From Gammaproteobacteria bacterium (GTDB lineage: Bacteria; Pseudomonadota; Gammaproteobacteria; GCA-2400775), in contig NVRQ02000100.1 of the NCBI GenBank assembly GCA_002400905.2, positions 1-51,572 on the forward strand: 51,572 nucleotides of DNA, read 5' to 3'. Within the stretch, counting starts at the first letter, position 1; each line of letters opens with the position of its first letter. Below, one piece after another: positions 8,279-17,810 of this stretch. The notes under the pieces are model-generated. The model did no database searches. It saw only the letters and a list, made by a program, of their open reading frames with translations, and was not told where the DNA came from. Made by a program: the position numbers and the translations under genes.

Positions 8279-8890
8279 TTACGCTTTGGCGCTATCTCGT
8301 GCAGAGACATCATCGTGCCAACGCTTAACGTTTGGATAGTCGTCAACTGAAACAATTTCAGCGAATACCGCGAAATCAATAGCACATAGTGCTGTAATAT
8401 CAGCAATAGAGAAATCGTCTCCAACGATGAACTTTTTATCTGCAAGTTCTGCATCTAAGGTTTTCACGGTAGCAATCGTACGCTCGTGGTTTTTCATGCC
8501 CCAATCTTTGTTCTGATACAGCTCTAACTCACCTAAACCAGGTGTTGCATGGTGAAAATAGGCGACGGATGCATCCATTAAACCTTCTTCAACACGACGC
8601 TGCCACATTGAGACGTTGGCTTGCTCAGCAGGCGTGCCGCCCATTAGCGCTGGCTTAGGATTAGTCGCTTCAAAATAGCGAGATATCGCCACGCAACCGC
8701 TGATGTAACTGTCATCATCAAGCCCTAAGCAAGGCACTGTCGCATTGGGGTTTTTAGCTTTGTAAGTATCTGTCCTGTGCTCGCCTTTCAGAACATTGAT
8801 TTGCTCTATTGGCACTTCAACCCCTTTTTCTGCCAAAAACATGCGGACGCGGCGCGGGTTTGGAAACGGGGCAAAATCGTAAAGTTTCAT
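8279..8890 (-). CDS. Glutathione S-transferase
   Basis: 203 aa with a GST N-terminal thioredoxin-like fold (..NPNATVPCL...ISGCVAISRYFE) and a C-terminal helical domain. AAGGAG lies upstream of the ATG. Confidence 0.8.
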   Translation of the reverse strand: MKLYDFAPFPNPRRVRMFLAEKGVEVPIEQINVLKGEHRTDTYKAKNPNATVPCLGLDDDSYISGCVAISRYFEATNPKPALMGGTPAEQANVSMWQRRVEEGLMDASVAYFHHATPGLGELELYQNKDWGMKNHERTIATVKTLDAELADKKFIVGDDFSIADITALCAIDFAVFAEIVSVDDYPNVKRWHDDVSARDSAKA

Positions 8891-8910
8891 AACATCTCCT
8901 TAGTGATTCA

Positions 8911-8928
8911 CTACCTAACGGTTGGTAG
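8911..8928. promoter_or_regulatory. Candidate TetR-type operator upstream of the GST-cupin-GST block
   Basis: 18-bp imperfect palindrome ctacctaacggttggtag (14/18 self-complementary). It lies 21 bp upstream of the GST start codon and downstream of the adjacent TetR gene. Confidence 0.3.
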
Positions 8929-9087
8929 ATAATAGTAGGCAAGCCGACGGCTAAAGTCAAACCTTAAAGCTGCCTGACAAGCAATTCAAACTTCAAATTA
9001 CTGGGAACTCCTTGACTAACACTGGCTACTGATAAGGCCATCCATTTCAAACCAGCATTACCGATGAGTCATGCTACAGTAGTTTTC

Positions 9088-9669
9088 TTACAAACCAATT
9101 ACTCTTTTTAGCGCTACAATAGTTTTTTCTACATGACTAAGATCTGACGTCGCTCGACTCATCACTAAAGAACCCTGCAAGGTATCCAGCACTAATGACG
9201 CAACAGCTTCTGGGTCGCCATCAAAACTAAAATCACCCGCACTTTTACCTAACGTCAATATATCGAGCAACCATTTTTTATTATCTTGATAAAACAGCGT
9301 GATCTCTGCTTGAAGATTCTTCGGTAGCGCCATATACTCACCCGCCAAGGCACCACATAGACATATTTTTTCTTTATTCTTCCCTAAATTTAAATAGGGG
9401 GAAAAATAAACATCCAAGATTTGCGTTGCTGACAGTTTATGCTCGCTCAAGATCCCGTCTAACATCGATTCCAATTTTTTTCGGTAGCGATTGACTACCG
9501 CCACACCCAGCACTGATTTATTTTGATAGTGATAAAGGATACTGGGTTTTTTAATGCCGACTTTTTCAGCAATGTCATTAAAACTTATTGCACTATAACC
9601 ACGAGACTGAATAAGCCCTTCGGTCACATCCAATATTCGCTCTGATGTAGATATATTCTCTTTAGTCAT
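9088..9669 (-). CDS. TetR/AcrR-family transcriptional regulator
   Basis: 193 aa. The N-terminal HTH is RILDVTEGLIQSRGYSAISFNDIAEKVGIKKPSILYHYQNK. Confidence 0.9.
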   Translation of the reverse strand: MTKENISTSERILDVTEGLIQSRGYSAISFNDIAEKVGIKKPSILYHYQNKSVLGVAVVNRYRKKLESMLDGILSEHKLSATQILDVYFSPYLNLGKNKEKICLCGALAGEYMALPKNLQAEITLFYQDNKKWLLDILTLGKSAGDFSFDGDPEAVASLVLDTLQGSLVMSRATSDLSHVEKTIVALKRVIGL

Positions 9670-9841
9670 TGATTTATTTGATCGCGCTATCTTTACGATA
9701 GTATTGGCGGTTCAGCTAATGAATCACACTCAATAGAAGTATTAATCGAGCGACTACAATAGCTCTAGTCCGGCTTTTAGGCAATTTTAAAGTTCTGTGG
9801 CTAATAGCTGACGGGCTAAATAACCCCTATAATAATTTCAG

Positions 9842-11125
9842 TTAGCTAAAACAATGCGCTGCTACTACTGCGGCGGTGGCAGAGGTCAGAATGTCCAAGG
9901 TATCATCGTCCATAATATAAGGTGGCATCAAATAAATCAGCCGCCCAAACGGTCTAACCCATACCCCCTTATCAACAAACGCCTGGGTGATCGACTCCAT
10001 CAATACAGCCTGTTTAAGCTCAACCACACCAATTGCGCCTAACACACGAACATCTTCAACATGACCAACGTCTTTACAGCGCTCTAAACCTTTACGAAGA
10101 CCACGCTCTATCCGCAGAATATTTTCTTGCCACGGAGAATTAACTAACAGCTTTATACTAGTCAGCGCAGCCGTACAAGCCATTGGGTTGGCCATAAAGG
10201 TTGGGCCGTGCATAAATATGCCTGGATTGCCACTATCAATTGTGCTTGCCACATCATCCGTTGCCAAGGTTGCAGCAAGGGTTAAATAGCCACCCGTTAG
10301 GGTTTTACCTAAACACATAATGTCAGGTGAGATCCCAGCATGATTGCAGGCAAACAACTTTCCCGTTCGGCCAAAACCTGTGGCAATTTCATCAGCAATT
10401 AACAAGACACCAAATTCATCGCACAACGTTCGGGTTTTTTGTAAATATTCTGCAGAATAAAACCACATACCACCTGCTGCTTGCACAATAGGCTCTAAGA
10501 TCAATGCCGCTATATCATCATTCTTGTCAAAGATGTCTCGTAGAAGTTGCAACGCCTGATCAGCACAGGGTTCACCAAAATGACACTCTGGTTGTGGAAC
10601 AAATAAATTTTTTTGCAGCGCATGCTTAAAAAGCGTATGCATCCCTGTCTCGGGGTCCGATACTGACATGGCGCCTATGGTGTCACCGTGATAACCGCGA
10701 CGCAGACTAACAAAGCGTTGTCGCTGCGACTGCCCTTTCGCATACCAATATTGAATTGCCATTTTCATAGCAACATCCACTGCTACCGAACCCGAGTCAG
10801 AATAAAATACCTTCTGCAATGGCTCAGGGGTGAGGTCAACTAGTAGCTTAGTTAATTCAATAGCTGGCTCGTGGGTAAACCCACCGAACATGATATGAGA
10901 CATTTTATCGAGCTGTGTTATTAGCGCTGCATTCATTGCAGGATGGTTGTACCCGTGTATTGCGCACCACCACGACGACATACCATCGATAAGCTCGCGG
11001 CCATCGCTTAGCTTAATTCTAACTCCCTTAGCAGACTCGACTTGATAAATAGGCAAATCTGAATTCATTGCGCTATACGGGTGCCAAATATGGTTTCTAT
11101 CAATAGAACTCATTGATGCTGTCAT
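9842..11125 (-). CDS. bioA: Adenosylmethionine-8-amino-7-oxononanoate aminotransferase
   Basis: 427 aa with IWHPY, WWCAIHGYNHP, the PLP-lysine context CLGKTLTGGY, and RPFG.LIYLMPPY. Confidence 0.9.
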   Translation of the reverse strand: MTASMSSIDRNHIWHPYSAMNSDLPIYQVESAKGVRIKLSDGRELIDGMSSWWCAIHGYNHPAMNAALITQLDKMSHIMFGGFTHEPAIELTKLLVDLTPEPLQKVFYSDSGSVAVDVAMKMAIQYWYAKGQSQRQRFVSLRRGYHGDTIGAMSVSDPETGMHTLFKHALQKNLFVPQPECHFGEPCADQALQLLRDIFDKNDDIAALILEPIVQAAGGMWFYSAEYLQKTRTLCDEFGVLLIADEIATGFGRTGKLFACNHAGISPDIMCLGKTLTGGYLTLAATLATDDVASTIDSGNPGIFMHGPTFMANPMACTAALTSIKLLVNSPWQENILRIERGLRKGLERCKDVGHVEDVRVLGAIGVVELKQAVLMESITQAFVDKGVWVRPFGRLIYLMPPYIMDDDTLDILTSATAAVVAAHCFS

Positions 11126-12006
11126 GACTTGACCCGGCTGCGATCTACCCTCAGTACACCCATCGATAAGGCAACACCAAATAGTATTAGCCCTGCGCTC
11201 ACTACCTGATTGATTGTTACCGTCTCACCGAGGAACAATGCACCCCATAACAATCCAAATATAGGTATTAGATAGGTTACTGACAGCGTTTTGGTCGGAC
11301 CGACCTGTTGAATTAACTTGAAATAAAGCATAAAAGCCAATGATGTCGATAATATTGCTAAGCCTACAGTTGAAATCACCGCATTCATACTAGGCATATG
11401 ATCAGGAATAAAAAAGGGTAACAACGGCAATAACAAGCAAGCTGCCGCGAGTTGTGTGCCGCCAACATAGGCTATCGATGTTATCTCGACTAAATGTTTT
11501 TTTGTGTAATGTGCCCCTGCAACATAGGAAATCGAAGCGACCAGTGCAGCACACACCATCAATAGTGAGGGGGAATTAATATTGGCCTGCTGCCACGTCA
11601 TGAGCAAGACAACACCTACAAAGCCAAAAGCGATGCCAAGTAATTGCAACAACGTTAGCTTTTCTTTAACAAAAAAATACGAGAAGACAACACCAACAAT
11701 CGGCACGATGGCATTCAATATTGAGGCAACGCCTGCGGCGATGCTAGTAGTAATGTAAGCAATCAGCACAAAAGGTAATGCGCTATTCAGCGCGCCTACT
11801 ATCAATAAGTCTTTCGCTTTCAACCATAAAATGGTTATTTCACTCTTATTCAACAACCAGGGCAACAACACTAACCCCGCTATTAACGCGCGAAACTCAA
11901 TGAGCCATACCGCGCCAATTTCGGGTGCCGCCACACGCATAAATAAAAAGGACGCACCCCATAGCGCACCTAATATCAGCAATACTACTAGCTGCGAATA
12001 TTTCAC
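11122..12006 (-). CDS. EamA/DMT-family transporter
   Basis: 294 aa with about 10 TM helices in two EamA-like halves. It overlaps the bioA start by 4 bp. Confidence 0.8.
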   Translation of the reverse strand: MKYSQLVVLLILGALWGASFLFMRVAAPEIGAVWLIEFRALIAGLVLLPWLLNKSEITILWLKAKDLLIVGALNSALPFVLIAYITTSIAAGVASILNAIVPIVGVVFSYFFVKEKLTLLQLLGIAFGFVGVVLLMTWQQANINSPSLLMVCAALVASISYVAGAHYTKKHLVEITSIAYVGGTQLAAACLLLPLLPFFIPDHMPSMNAVISTVGLAILSTSLAFMLYFKLIQQVGPTKTLSVTYLIPIFGLLWGALFLGETVTINQVVSAGLILFGVALSMGVLRVDRSRVKS

Positions 12007-12076
12007 AAGTTCATACGACCCAGAAAAAACAAGAGCTATCAGTGTAAGCCATCACACTTAAATCAGCACGACAATA

Positions 12077-12325
12077 GTGTGTTCGCGCAGAAAATGTGCC
12101 CTAACAAGCTCTAGCCTCGCGTTACCTTACTGGTTTAATGAGAGTGATAAAGCATTATCTCGTGTTGAAGGTACAACGTGGAAGCATCGCCCCTATTTCT
12201 ATCGCGCCATACGAAAGCCAGGGGAGGCACAAGTGACTCAAGCTTACTTTTCTATTCTCGATGCTAAGCTATGTATAACGCTATCGTCAACAATCTTAAA
12301 TGGTGACATCACATGGGATGAGTAA
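12077..12325 (+). other. Possible relic or stand-alone fragment of a Cache/PDC-type sensor domain
   Basis: 82-aa GTG-started ORF. HRPYFYRAIRKPGEAQVTQAYFSILDAKLCITLSSTIL resembles the R.YF..A...G......Y.S.....T.S..I core of Cache domains. It has no TM or output domain and no clear RBS. Confidence 0.25.
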
Positions 12326-12458
12326 ACCAATACAATAGTGCCGCAATGAGCTGCTTACACCAAACTACCTCACACTGTAGATAGGCATAATATTCGCCTC
12401 TCGACCATTATAGCCATGGTATTCTTAGCGCCTGTAAAAAATTCTTGCCTAGAAAATC

Positions 12459-12968
12459 ATGCAAAAAACTAAAAACATATTAGAAAAATTACTCTTTGTC
12501 AGTCGTTGGCTGCTCGTTCCATTTCTAGTGGGTTTGGTCATATCTGCCGTATTACTGATGATCAAATTTATTGAAAAATTATCTCACCTTATCATCGACA
12601 TTCGCTCCCTCAGCGAAATAGATATCGTGCTCGGTGTGCTCAGCATGGTCGACTTAACTCTTATCGCCAGCCTAATATTTATTATTGTCTTTAGTAGCTA
12701 TGAAAGCTTTGTGTCGAAGTTCGACTCTATAAACTACGAAGACAAACCAGCATGGATGGGCAAGGTTGATTTTGCAGCACTCAAAATGAAAGTGATTGGC
12801 TCTATCGTTGCCATCTCATCGATTGAGCTATTAAAAGTATTTATCAACTTAAAAAACTACGATGAGCAAGAAATCCAATGGAAAGTGATTATCTTTATAG
12901 CCTTTGTCATCTCAGGTGTTTTATTTGCCGTCATGGATCGCTTGTCTTCTCGCCAGAATCATAATTAA
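12459..12968 (+). CDS. yqhA: UPF0114 inner-membrane protein YqhA
   Basis: 169 aa. SRWLLVPFLVGL..., LSMVDLTLIASL..FSSYE.FVS, GKVD...LK.KV..SIVAISSI.LLKVF align with E. coli YqhA as remembered. Confidence 0.8.
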   Translation: MQKTKNILEKLLFVSRWLLVPFLVGLVISAVLLMIKFIEKLSHLIIDIRSLSEIDIVLGVLSMVDLTLIASLIFIIVFSSYESFVSKFDSINYEDKPAWMGKVDFAALKMKVIGSIVAISSIELLKVFINLKNYDEQEIQWKVIIFIAFVISGVLFAVMDRLSSRQNHN

Positions 12969-13449
12969 GTAGATCTTCAATAAAGTGAGACGTTAATTCG
13001 CTACGATTGGAATACCCGGCCTTAGCATAGACATTCGTCGCGTGCTGCCTCACTGTTTTTTCTTTAACTGAGCGCGCATTACCAATCTCTACCATAGACA
13101 TGCCCTTGATTAACATAATGGCAACTTCGCGTTCAGAGCTCGTCAGCCGCCATTGATCAAAGGCCTTTTCAATTTGATGAAATAATTCACCACTAAGACG
13201 AGCAACCCGCTCACGCTCGACAGACACTTGCCGACGAAAATAGATGGCTCGTTTAATCTCAAGCCACAGCGCAATCATCATCGCACTAAAGACCAGGGCC
13301 TCGATCACAATATGAGCCGATGATTCATAGCCCTTTGCGGCATCGCCAACAATATCATGGACGAAAAAAATACCCGCTGAGATCAAGACTGCTGTGGTGA
13401 AATAACCTTTTAGTACCTCACGCTTAGTTTTGTCGTTGTCCGTCATCAT
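12931..13449 (-). CDS. Membrane-anchored LuxR/GerE-family HTH regulator (no receiver domain)
   Basis: 172 aa with two N-terminal TM helices. The C-terminus LTSSEREVAIMLIKGMSMVEIGNARSVKEKTVRQHATNVYAKAGYSNRSEL is a GerE-type HTH. Confidence 0.75.
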   Translation of the reverse strand: MMTDNDKTKREVLKGYFTTAVLISAGIFFVHDIVGDAAKGYESSAHIVIEALVFSAMMIALWLEIKRAIYFRRQVSVERERVARLSGELFHQIEKAFDQWRLTSSEREVAIMLIKGMSMVEIGNARSVKEKTVRQHATNVYAKAGYSNRSELTSHFIEDLLNYDSGEKTSDP

Positions 13450-14020
13450 TTACTCGTTCTTGATCCTTAACACGCCCGAAAGACAGCATGCGTTTTAATA
13501 TTGGATGGCCAAGAACAGTATGCAATATAACCGCACCCACATGTAACACTAAAAACAAAGGAATCAGGCTTTCACCCACCTCGTGAATCTCGGCGACAAA
13601 CTTACCCGCCATCGAAGCCTCGAAATCGCCAATAAAATATAAGGCTGTACCGGTCAGGCCCATCCACAAAAACAGCAATATGCCGAAGGCATGAACCAGC
13701 GCGGATATCCCCTGATGCCCATCATGAACGGGCAACTCCAATTTGAAAATCTTCTTTATATCCTCGAGAACCACCGAAAATCGTGCCCGGGTAAACGGAA
13801 ACCAGGTGGCAAAACGTGATGGCTTAGGGCCGACAATACCAATAGCGGTACGAGACACAACAAATAGTGTCAGCGCCAAGCCAAGATAGGTGTGAGCCAG
13901 ATAGCCCAATGTTGCTGCTTCGTCTTCTGCAAACTCGCCAGTAAGAAAAGCACTAATACCAAATATGATCAAACCCAAATGGATTGAGCGAATAATTAAC
14001 GGATAGCGTTGTGAAGCCAT
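13424..14020 (-). CDS. Cytochrome b561-family membrane protein
   Basis: Four TM helices with conserved His residues (IRSIHLG.., LAHTYLG.., HVGAVILH). I start it at the internal ATG 14018-14020 (MASQRYPL..), which is preceded by AAGGAGAGG. The track ORF extends to 14074. Confidence 0.7.
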   Translation of the reverse strand: MASQRYPLIIRSIHLGLIIFGISAFLTGEFAEDEAATLGYLAHTYLGLALTLFVVSRTAIGIVGPKPSRFATWFPFTRARFSVVLEDIKKIFKLELPVHDGHQGISALVHAFGILLFLWMGLTGTALYFIGDFEASMAGKFVAEIHEVGESLIPLFLVLHVGAVILHTVLGHPILKRMLSFGRVKDQERVNDDGQRQN

Positions 14021-14092
14021 GATGTCCTCTCCTTCAGTTTGTCTCAAGACAACAACAGCTTGAAGGCTTGCCAAGTTGAAAACGAGGGATAA

Positions 14093-14120
14093 ATGCCCTG
14101 ATTCAAGCTATACAGGGCAT
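14093..14120 (-). terminator. Hairpin downstream of the DUF302 gene (possible terminator)
   Basis: 8-bp stem atgccctg/cagggcat with a 12-nt loop. It is followed on the minus strand by ttatccctcgtttt. Confidence 0.35.
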
Positions 14121-14227
14121 ATGCCCCAAAAAATTAGGGGGGACCAAGGTTTAACCTACAAGAAATTTAACAGAACCAATGAATGTTGATCGCGACAAAT
14201 ACTCTCACCATTTAGGCGATCGTGTCG

Positions 14228-14698
14228 CTACCTCGTGGTGGCAATACCCGAAAAGTTGGCGAGCGCTTGCCTTATCTTCTCAATCACGCCATCACATTTT
14301 TCAATACCATGGCGTAACGCGATATAACTGGGGTCGTTATAACTTAACCAAACGTCTCCCTGCGCATCCTCCCAAACTAAGGCTTTTTGAGGTAGATCTA
14401 TCGCGGCGGTTTGCTGGCACTGCATCAATAGTGTCCCAATCTTTGGGTTACCAAAAATCACTAATTGAGTAGGACGTAATTTTTTCTTTATTTTCCACGC
14501 TGCTTCTGCATGGTTAATGCGCGCAAATACGGTCATTCCTTTTTCTAATAGCACCGCTTCAAGCCGGTCTGCTGTGGATTCGACATCGTATTCGCTTTTT
14601 ACCGACACAAGACCTGTGCCAACAGAATCTGGCCCGGCATGAACATTTGAAAATATAAAATAGGCCAAAAATAATATTGTCACTCTAACCATTGTCAT
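14228..14698 (-). CDS. Secreted DUF302 domain protein
   Basis: 156 aa with a signal peptide (MTMVRVTILFLAYFIFSNVHA). The DUF302-like core is FARINHAEAA......PTQLVIFGNPKIGT.LM......AIDLP.K.LVWED..G.VWLSYNDP. Confidence 0.75.
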   Translation of the reverse strand: MTMVRVTILFLAYFIFSNVHAGPDSVGTGLVSVKSEYDVESTADRLEAVLLEKGMTVFARINHAEAAWKIKKKLRPTQLVIFGNPKIGTLLMQCQQTAAIDLPQKALVWEDAQGDVWLSYNDPSYIALRHGIEKCDGVIEKIRQALANFSGIATTR

Positions 14699-14750
14699 TC
14701 ACTCCTAACGCATTACACAAACCATCAAATATTATTATTGAATAAACCGT

Positions 14751-17700
14751 TTAACTCACTGTAACAACAACGTTATTACCTGAATGTCGTTTTTCACCAA
14801 TCCGTAAAAGGCTTGGCAATAACAGTAAAGTAAAAACCGTACTAACAGTCATGCCACCGACAATAACGCCAGCCAAACCACGATAAAGCTCACTACCCGC
14901 ACCTGGCATCAGCAACAATGGCAACATGCCAAAAATACTGGTTAGGGTCGTCATCAGTATTGGCCGCAAACGAAGATGCACGGCATTATTAACCGCATCA
15001 CGACGTGATAGACCTTCACGCTCAGCAGCGCGAGTCTGATGCACCAATAAAATTGCATTATTAATGACCAGCCCCAGCAAAATAACAAAGCCAATCATGG
15101 TCAATAGGTCCATCGATTGGTGAATGTATAAATTCATAATTGCCAATGCGCTGACACCGCCAACAGTCGCCAGAGGAATGACTAACAACACCAGCAAACT
15201 ATCTTTAAATGATTTAAACAAGGCGCTCATCAATAAATACAAAATAACGATAGCAAGGCTGAAAGCACCCAGCATTGTTTGCAATGCCGATTCTAATTTG
15301 TTGGCGCTACCGCTATAGCTAATGCTCGCATCCAGCGGCAATTGCTCATAGATTGCTGCCTCATATTCATTCTTAAGTTTGCTCAGCGCGGCTTCAAGTG
15401 AAACATCTGCTGGCGGCCTAACTTGTAATGTCACTGTGCGACGCCTATCTAAACGTCGTAATTCATTCGGGCCAGCTGTCCGTTGCATATGGACTAGCTC
15501 ACTCAGCGGCAATACTCCCGCGTTCGGCGTTGCCAGTGGGTAGCTCATTAATTCTTCTGGCACATCCCACGATGTGGCACGTAGAACAATATCCAGCGTT
15601 TCTTCACCATCAAAATAGTCCGCAACCAATAGGCCATCGCCAAAAACGCGGACGACTGAACCCATGGTCTCTCGACTCCATCCTGCTTCGGCGATACGTT
15701 GCTCGCGAGGCAACAAGCGTAACTCTGGATTATCTAGTGCCAAACCAGGGAAGGGGCGAATTTGTGCGCCAGGAATAAGCTGTGGGATCAAAGTAAATGA
15801 TTCGCGTGCGGCAGCTAATATAGCCTCGAGATCACGACCTTGTATATTGACGTCGATACTGTGATCTGTCCCTGTGCCAGCAAACAATGAAGCCTGCAAT
15901 GCAACGCCGATGGTGTCTGGTAGCGTTCTGACAACACCATTAAGTACGGGCAGTAAATCGCGTGTTTTTTCTGGGTCAACAGTGCGCCCACCCAAGAACG
16001 CGCCATTATCGGTGATAACGAAAAAATAGTTGTTCATATGCGGCTCTACTTCGCCAGCAATATGCGGTGCTAAAACATCGACTATGGCGCTGCCCATTTC
16101 GTTCTCGGCAACATCAATACTTTGCCCAGGTGGCGGATTAATAAACATCAACACTAAATTACGATTACCCGTTGGCAAATAATCAGCCTCAGGTTTGAGC
16201 TCGTAGACAACATAGAACGGAATAGTTAACAAACAAATAATCCAAAAAAAGCGTCTTATAGGCCCATTCGTCAACGACATAACAAGATTGGATATGCCGT
16301 TCCACCAATGGTGATGAGGGTCTTTCATTTGACCTGAATGCAACCAGTTCACGGCAGCGGTCGGCAATACAAGCAGTGCAATAATGAGGGAAAAAATAAC
16401 TGCTATAGCAATAGTCAGCGCCAAATCAGCAAATAATTGACCTGCCTCGTTTTCGAGAAAGACGATCGGTAAAAAAATAGCAACAGTCGTAGCCGTTGAT
16501 GCCAACAGTGCCCCCCACACCTGCAAAGTACCGCGCTTAGCCGCTGTGAGTGCATCCATACCTTGCTCGCGTAAGCGAACAATATTTTCCAACACGACAA
16601 TCGCTGCATCCAGCACCATACCGACCGCGAAAGCAATACCCGCTAACGAGATCACATTAATTGTGCGGCCCGTTAAATCCAACACAATAAAGGTAGCAAA
16701 AATCGATGCGGGAATAGCTAAAGCAACAATTAGCGTTGCACGAAAGCGTCGTAAAAACCACCACAGCACCGCAATTGCCAACAACACACCTAATGCTAAA
16801 TTGCTACCCACCAACGCTAGAGAGCGATCAATATAGATGGTTTCATCATAGACTTGCTCGATAGACAAATTGGCACGCTTAAGCGGACCTTCGGATAAAT
16901 CGGCAGCGGCCTTTTTTAAGCCGTTCATGACGTTAATAACATTGACGCCCGTCTCACGATACGCGTTGACCGCCATCGCAGGCTGACCGTTTTGAATGAC
17001 AAAACCAGTACGGTCGACTAGCTTAAGTTCGACGTCGGCAACATCACGCAGCAAGACTGGACTGCCCTCACGCCAATCAATAATTAAGCTTTCAAGATCA
17101 TCAAGCTGGTAGGCACCATCAAAACGTAGCGTGTAGCTGCGACGACCAACATCAGCCGAACCACCCGATACATCGCTGGCGTCAACCAGCTCCAGTACTT
17201 GTGGAAGCTGTATATCGAGCGCTGCGGCACGATACGGATCAAAAGTAATGCGTACCTCGCGCTCACGACCACCGCGCACTTGTGATAGAGCGACACCTGG
17301 CACACGTTCAAAACGGCTTTGCACTACCTCTTCAAGGTAATCATTGTAACTGGCAATATCCCTGGTATTGCCATCAATAGGCTTAATAATAAACCAGGCA
17401 ATGGCGCGACCATTACCACCACCTGTCGATATGATTGGCTCATCGGCGTCAATAGGGTAACTCGGCACGCGGTTCAAGCGATTGATCACTTCAAGTAACG
17501 CGCGATCAAGATTAATGCCGGACTCAAAAGTAAGCGTAATGACACCTGAACCATTGCGTGCCTGCGCTAACATCTCTACTGAGCCAGGAACACCACGTAA
17601 GGCATCTTCCTGTGGTTCAATAATTTCCGATTCAACTTCCTGCGGTGCAGCAGAACGCCAGTTAGTCGTGACGCTAATTTCCGGACGTTCAACTTCTGGC

Positions 17701-17810
17701 GTTAATTGAACCGGTAAACGCGCCAAACTGATCGCACCAAATAGGAAGGCTAAGAGCACCGCCACCGTAACGGCGACCGGGTTAGCCAGCGCAAGGCGAA
17801 GCAAGCGCAT
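14751..17810 (-). CDS. RND efflux transporter permease (AcrB/HAE family)
   Basis: 1019 aa with 12-TM/2-loop RND architecture and typical N-terminus and TM4 region (GIAFAVGMVLDAAIVVLENI). Confidence 0.9.
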   Translation of the reverse strand: MRLLRLALANPVAVTVAVLLAFLFGAISLARLPVQLTPEVERPEISVTTNWRSAAPQEVESEIIEPQEDALRGVPGSVEMLAQARNGSGVITLTFESGINLDRALLEVINRLNRVPSYPIDADEPIISTGGGNGRAIAWFIIKPIDGNTRDIASYNDYLEEVVQSRFERVPGVALSQVRGGREREVRITFDPYRAAALDIQLPQVLELVDASDVSGGSADVGRRSYTLRFDGAYQLDDLESLIIDWREGSPVLLRDVADVELKLVDRTGFVIQNGQPAMAVNAYRETGVNVINVMNGLKKAAADLSEGPLKRANLSIEQVYDETIYIDRSLALVGSNLALGVLLAIAVLWWFLRRFRATLIVALAIPASIFATFIVLDLTGRTINVISLAGIAFAVGMVLDAAIVVLENIVRLREQGMDALTAAKRGTLQVWGALLASTATTVAIFLPIVFLENEAGQLFADLALTIAIAVIFSLIIALLVLPTAAVNWLHSGQMKDPHHHWWNGISNLVMSLTNGPIRRFFWIICLLTIPFYVVYELKPEADYLPTGNRNLVLMFINPPPGQSIDVAENEMGSAIVDVLAPHIAGEVEPHMNNYFFVITDNGAFLGGRTVDPEKTRDLLPVLNGVVRTLPDTIGVALQASLFAGTGTDHSIDVNIQGRDLEAILAAARESFTLIPQLIPGAQIRPFPGLALDNPELRLLPREQRIAEAGWSRETMGSVVRVFGDGLLVADYFDGEETLDIVLRATSWDVPEELMSYPLATPNAGVLPLSELVHMQRTAGPNELRRLDRRRTVTLQVRPPADVSLEAALSKLKNEYEAAIYEQLPLDASISYSGSANKLESALQTMLGAFSLAIVILYLLMSALFKSFKDSLLVLLVIPLATVGGVSALAIMNLYIHQSMDLLTMIGFVILLGLVINNAILLVHQTRAAEREGLSRRDAVNNAVHLRLRPILMTTLTSIFGMLPLLLMPGAGSELYRGLAGVIVGGMTVSTVFTLLLLPSLLRIGEKRHSGNNVVVTVS

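Noticed and set aside
13424-14074. Longer 216-aa version of the cytochrome b561 ORF
   Set aside because: The extra 18 N-terminal residues lack an RBS, whereas the internal ATG at 14020 is preceded by AAGGAGAGG.
14179-14472. 97-aa + strand ORF
   Set aside because: It is antisense to the well-supported DUF302 gene and has no motifs.
15124-17709. Multiple 60-116-aa ORFs inside and antisense to the first RND permease; similar ORFs occur in the second RND pair (22699-26777), lptD, surA, glyS and glyQ
   Set aside because: They are shadow ORFs within long, confidently assigned genes.
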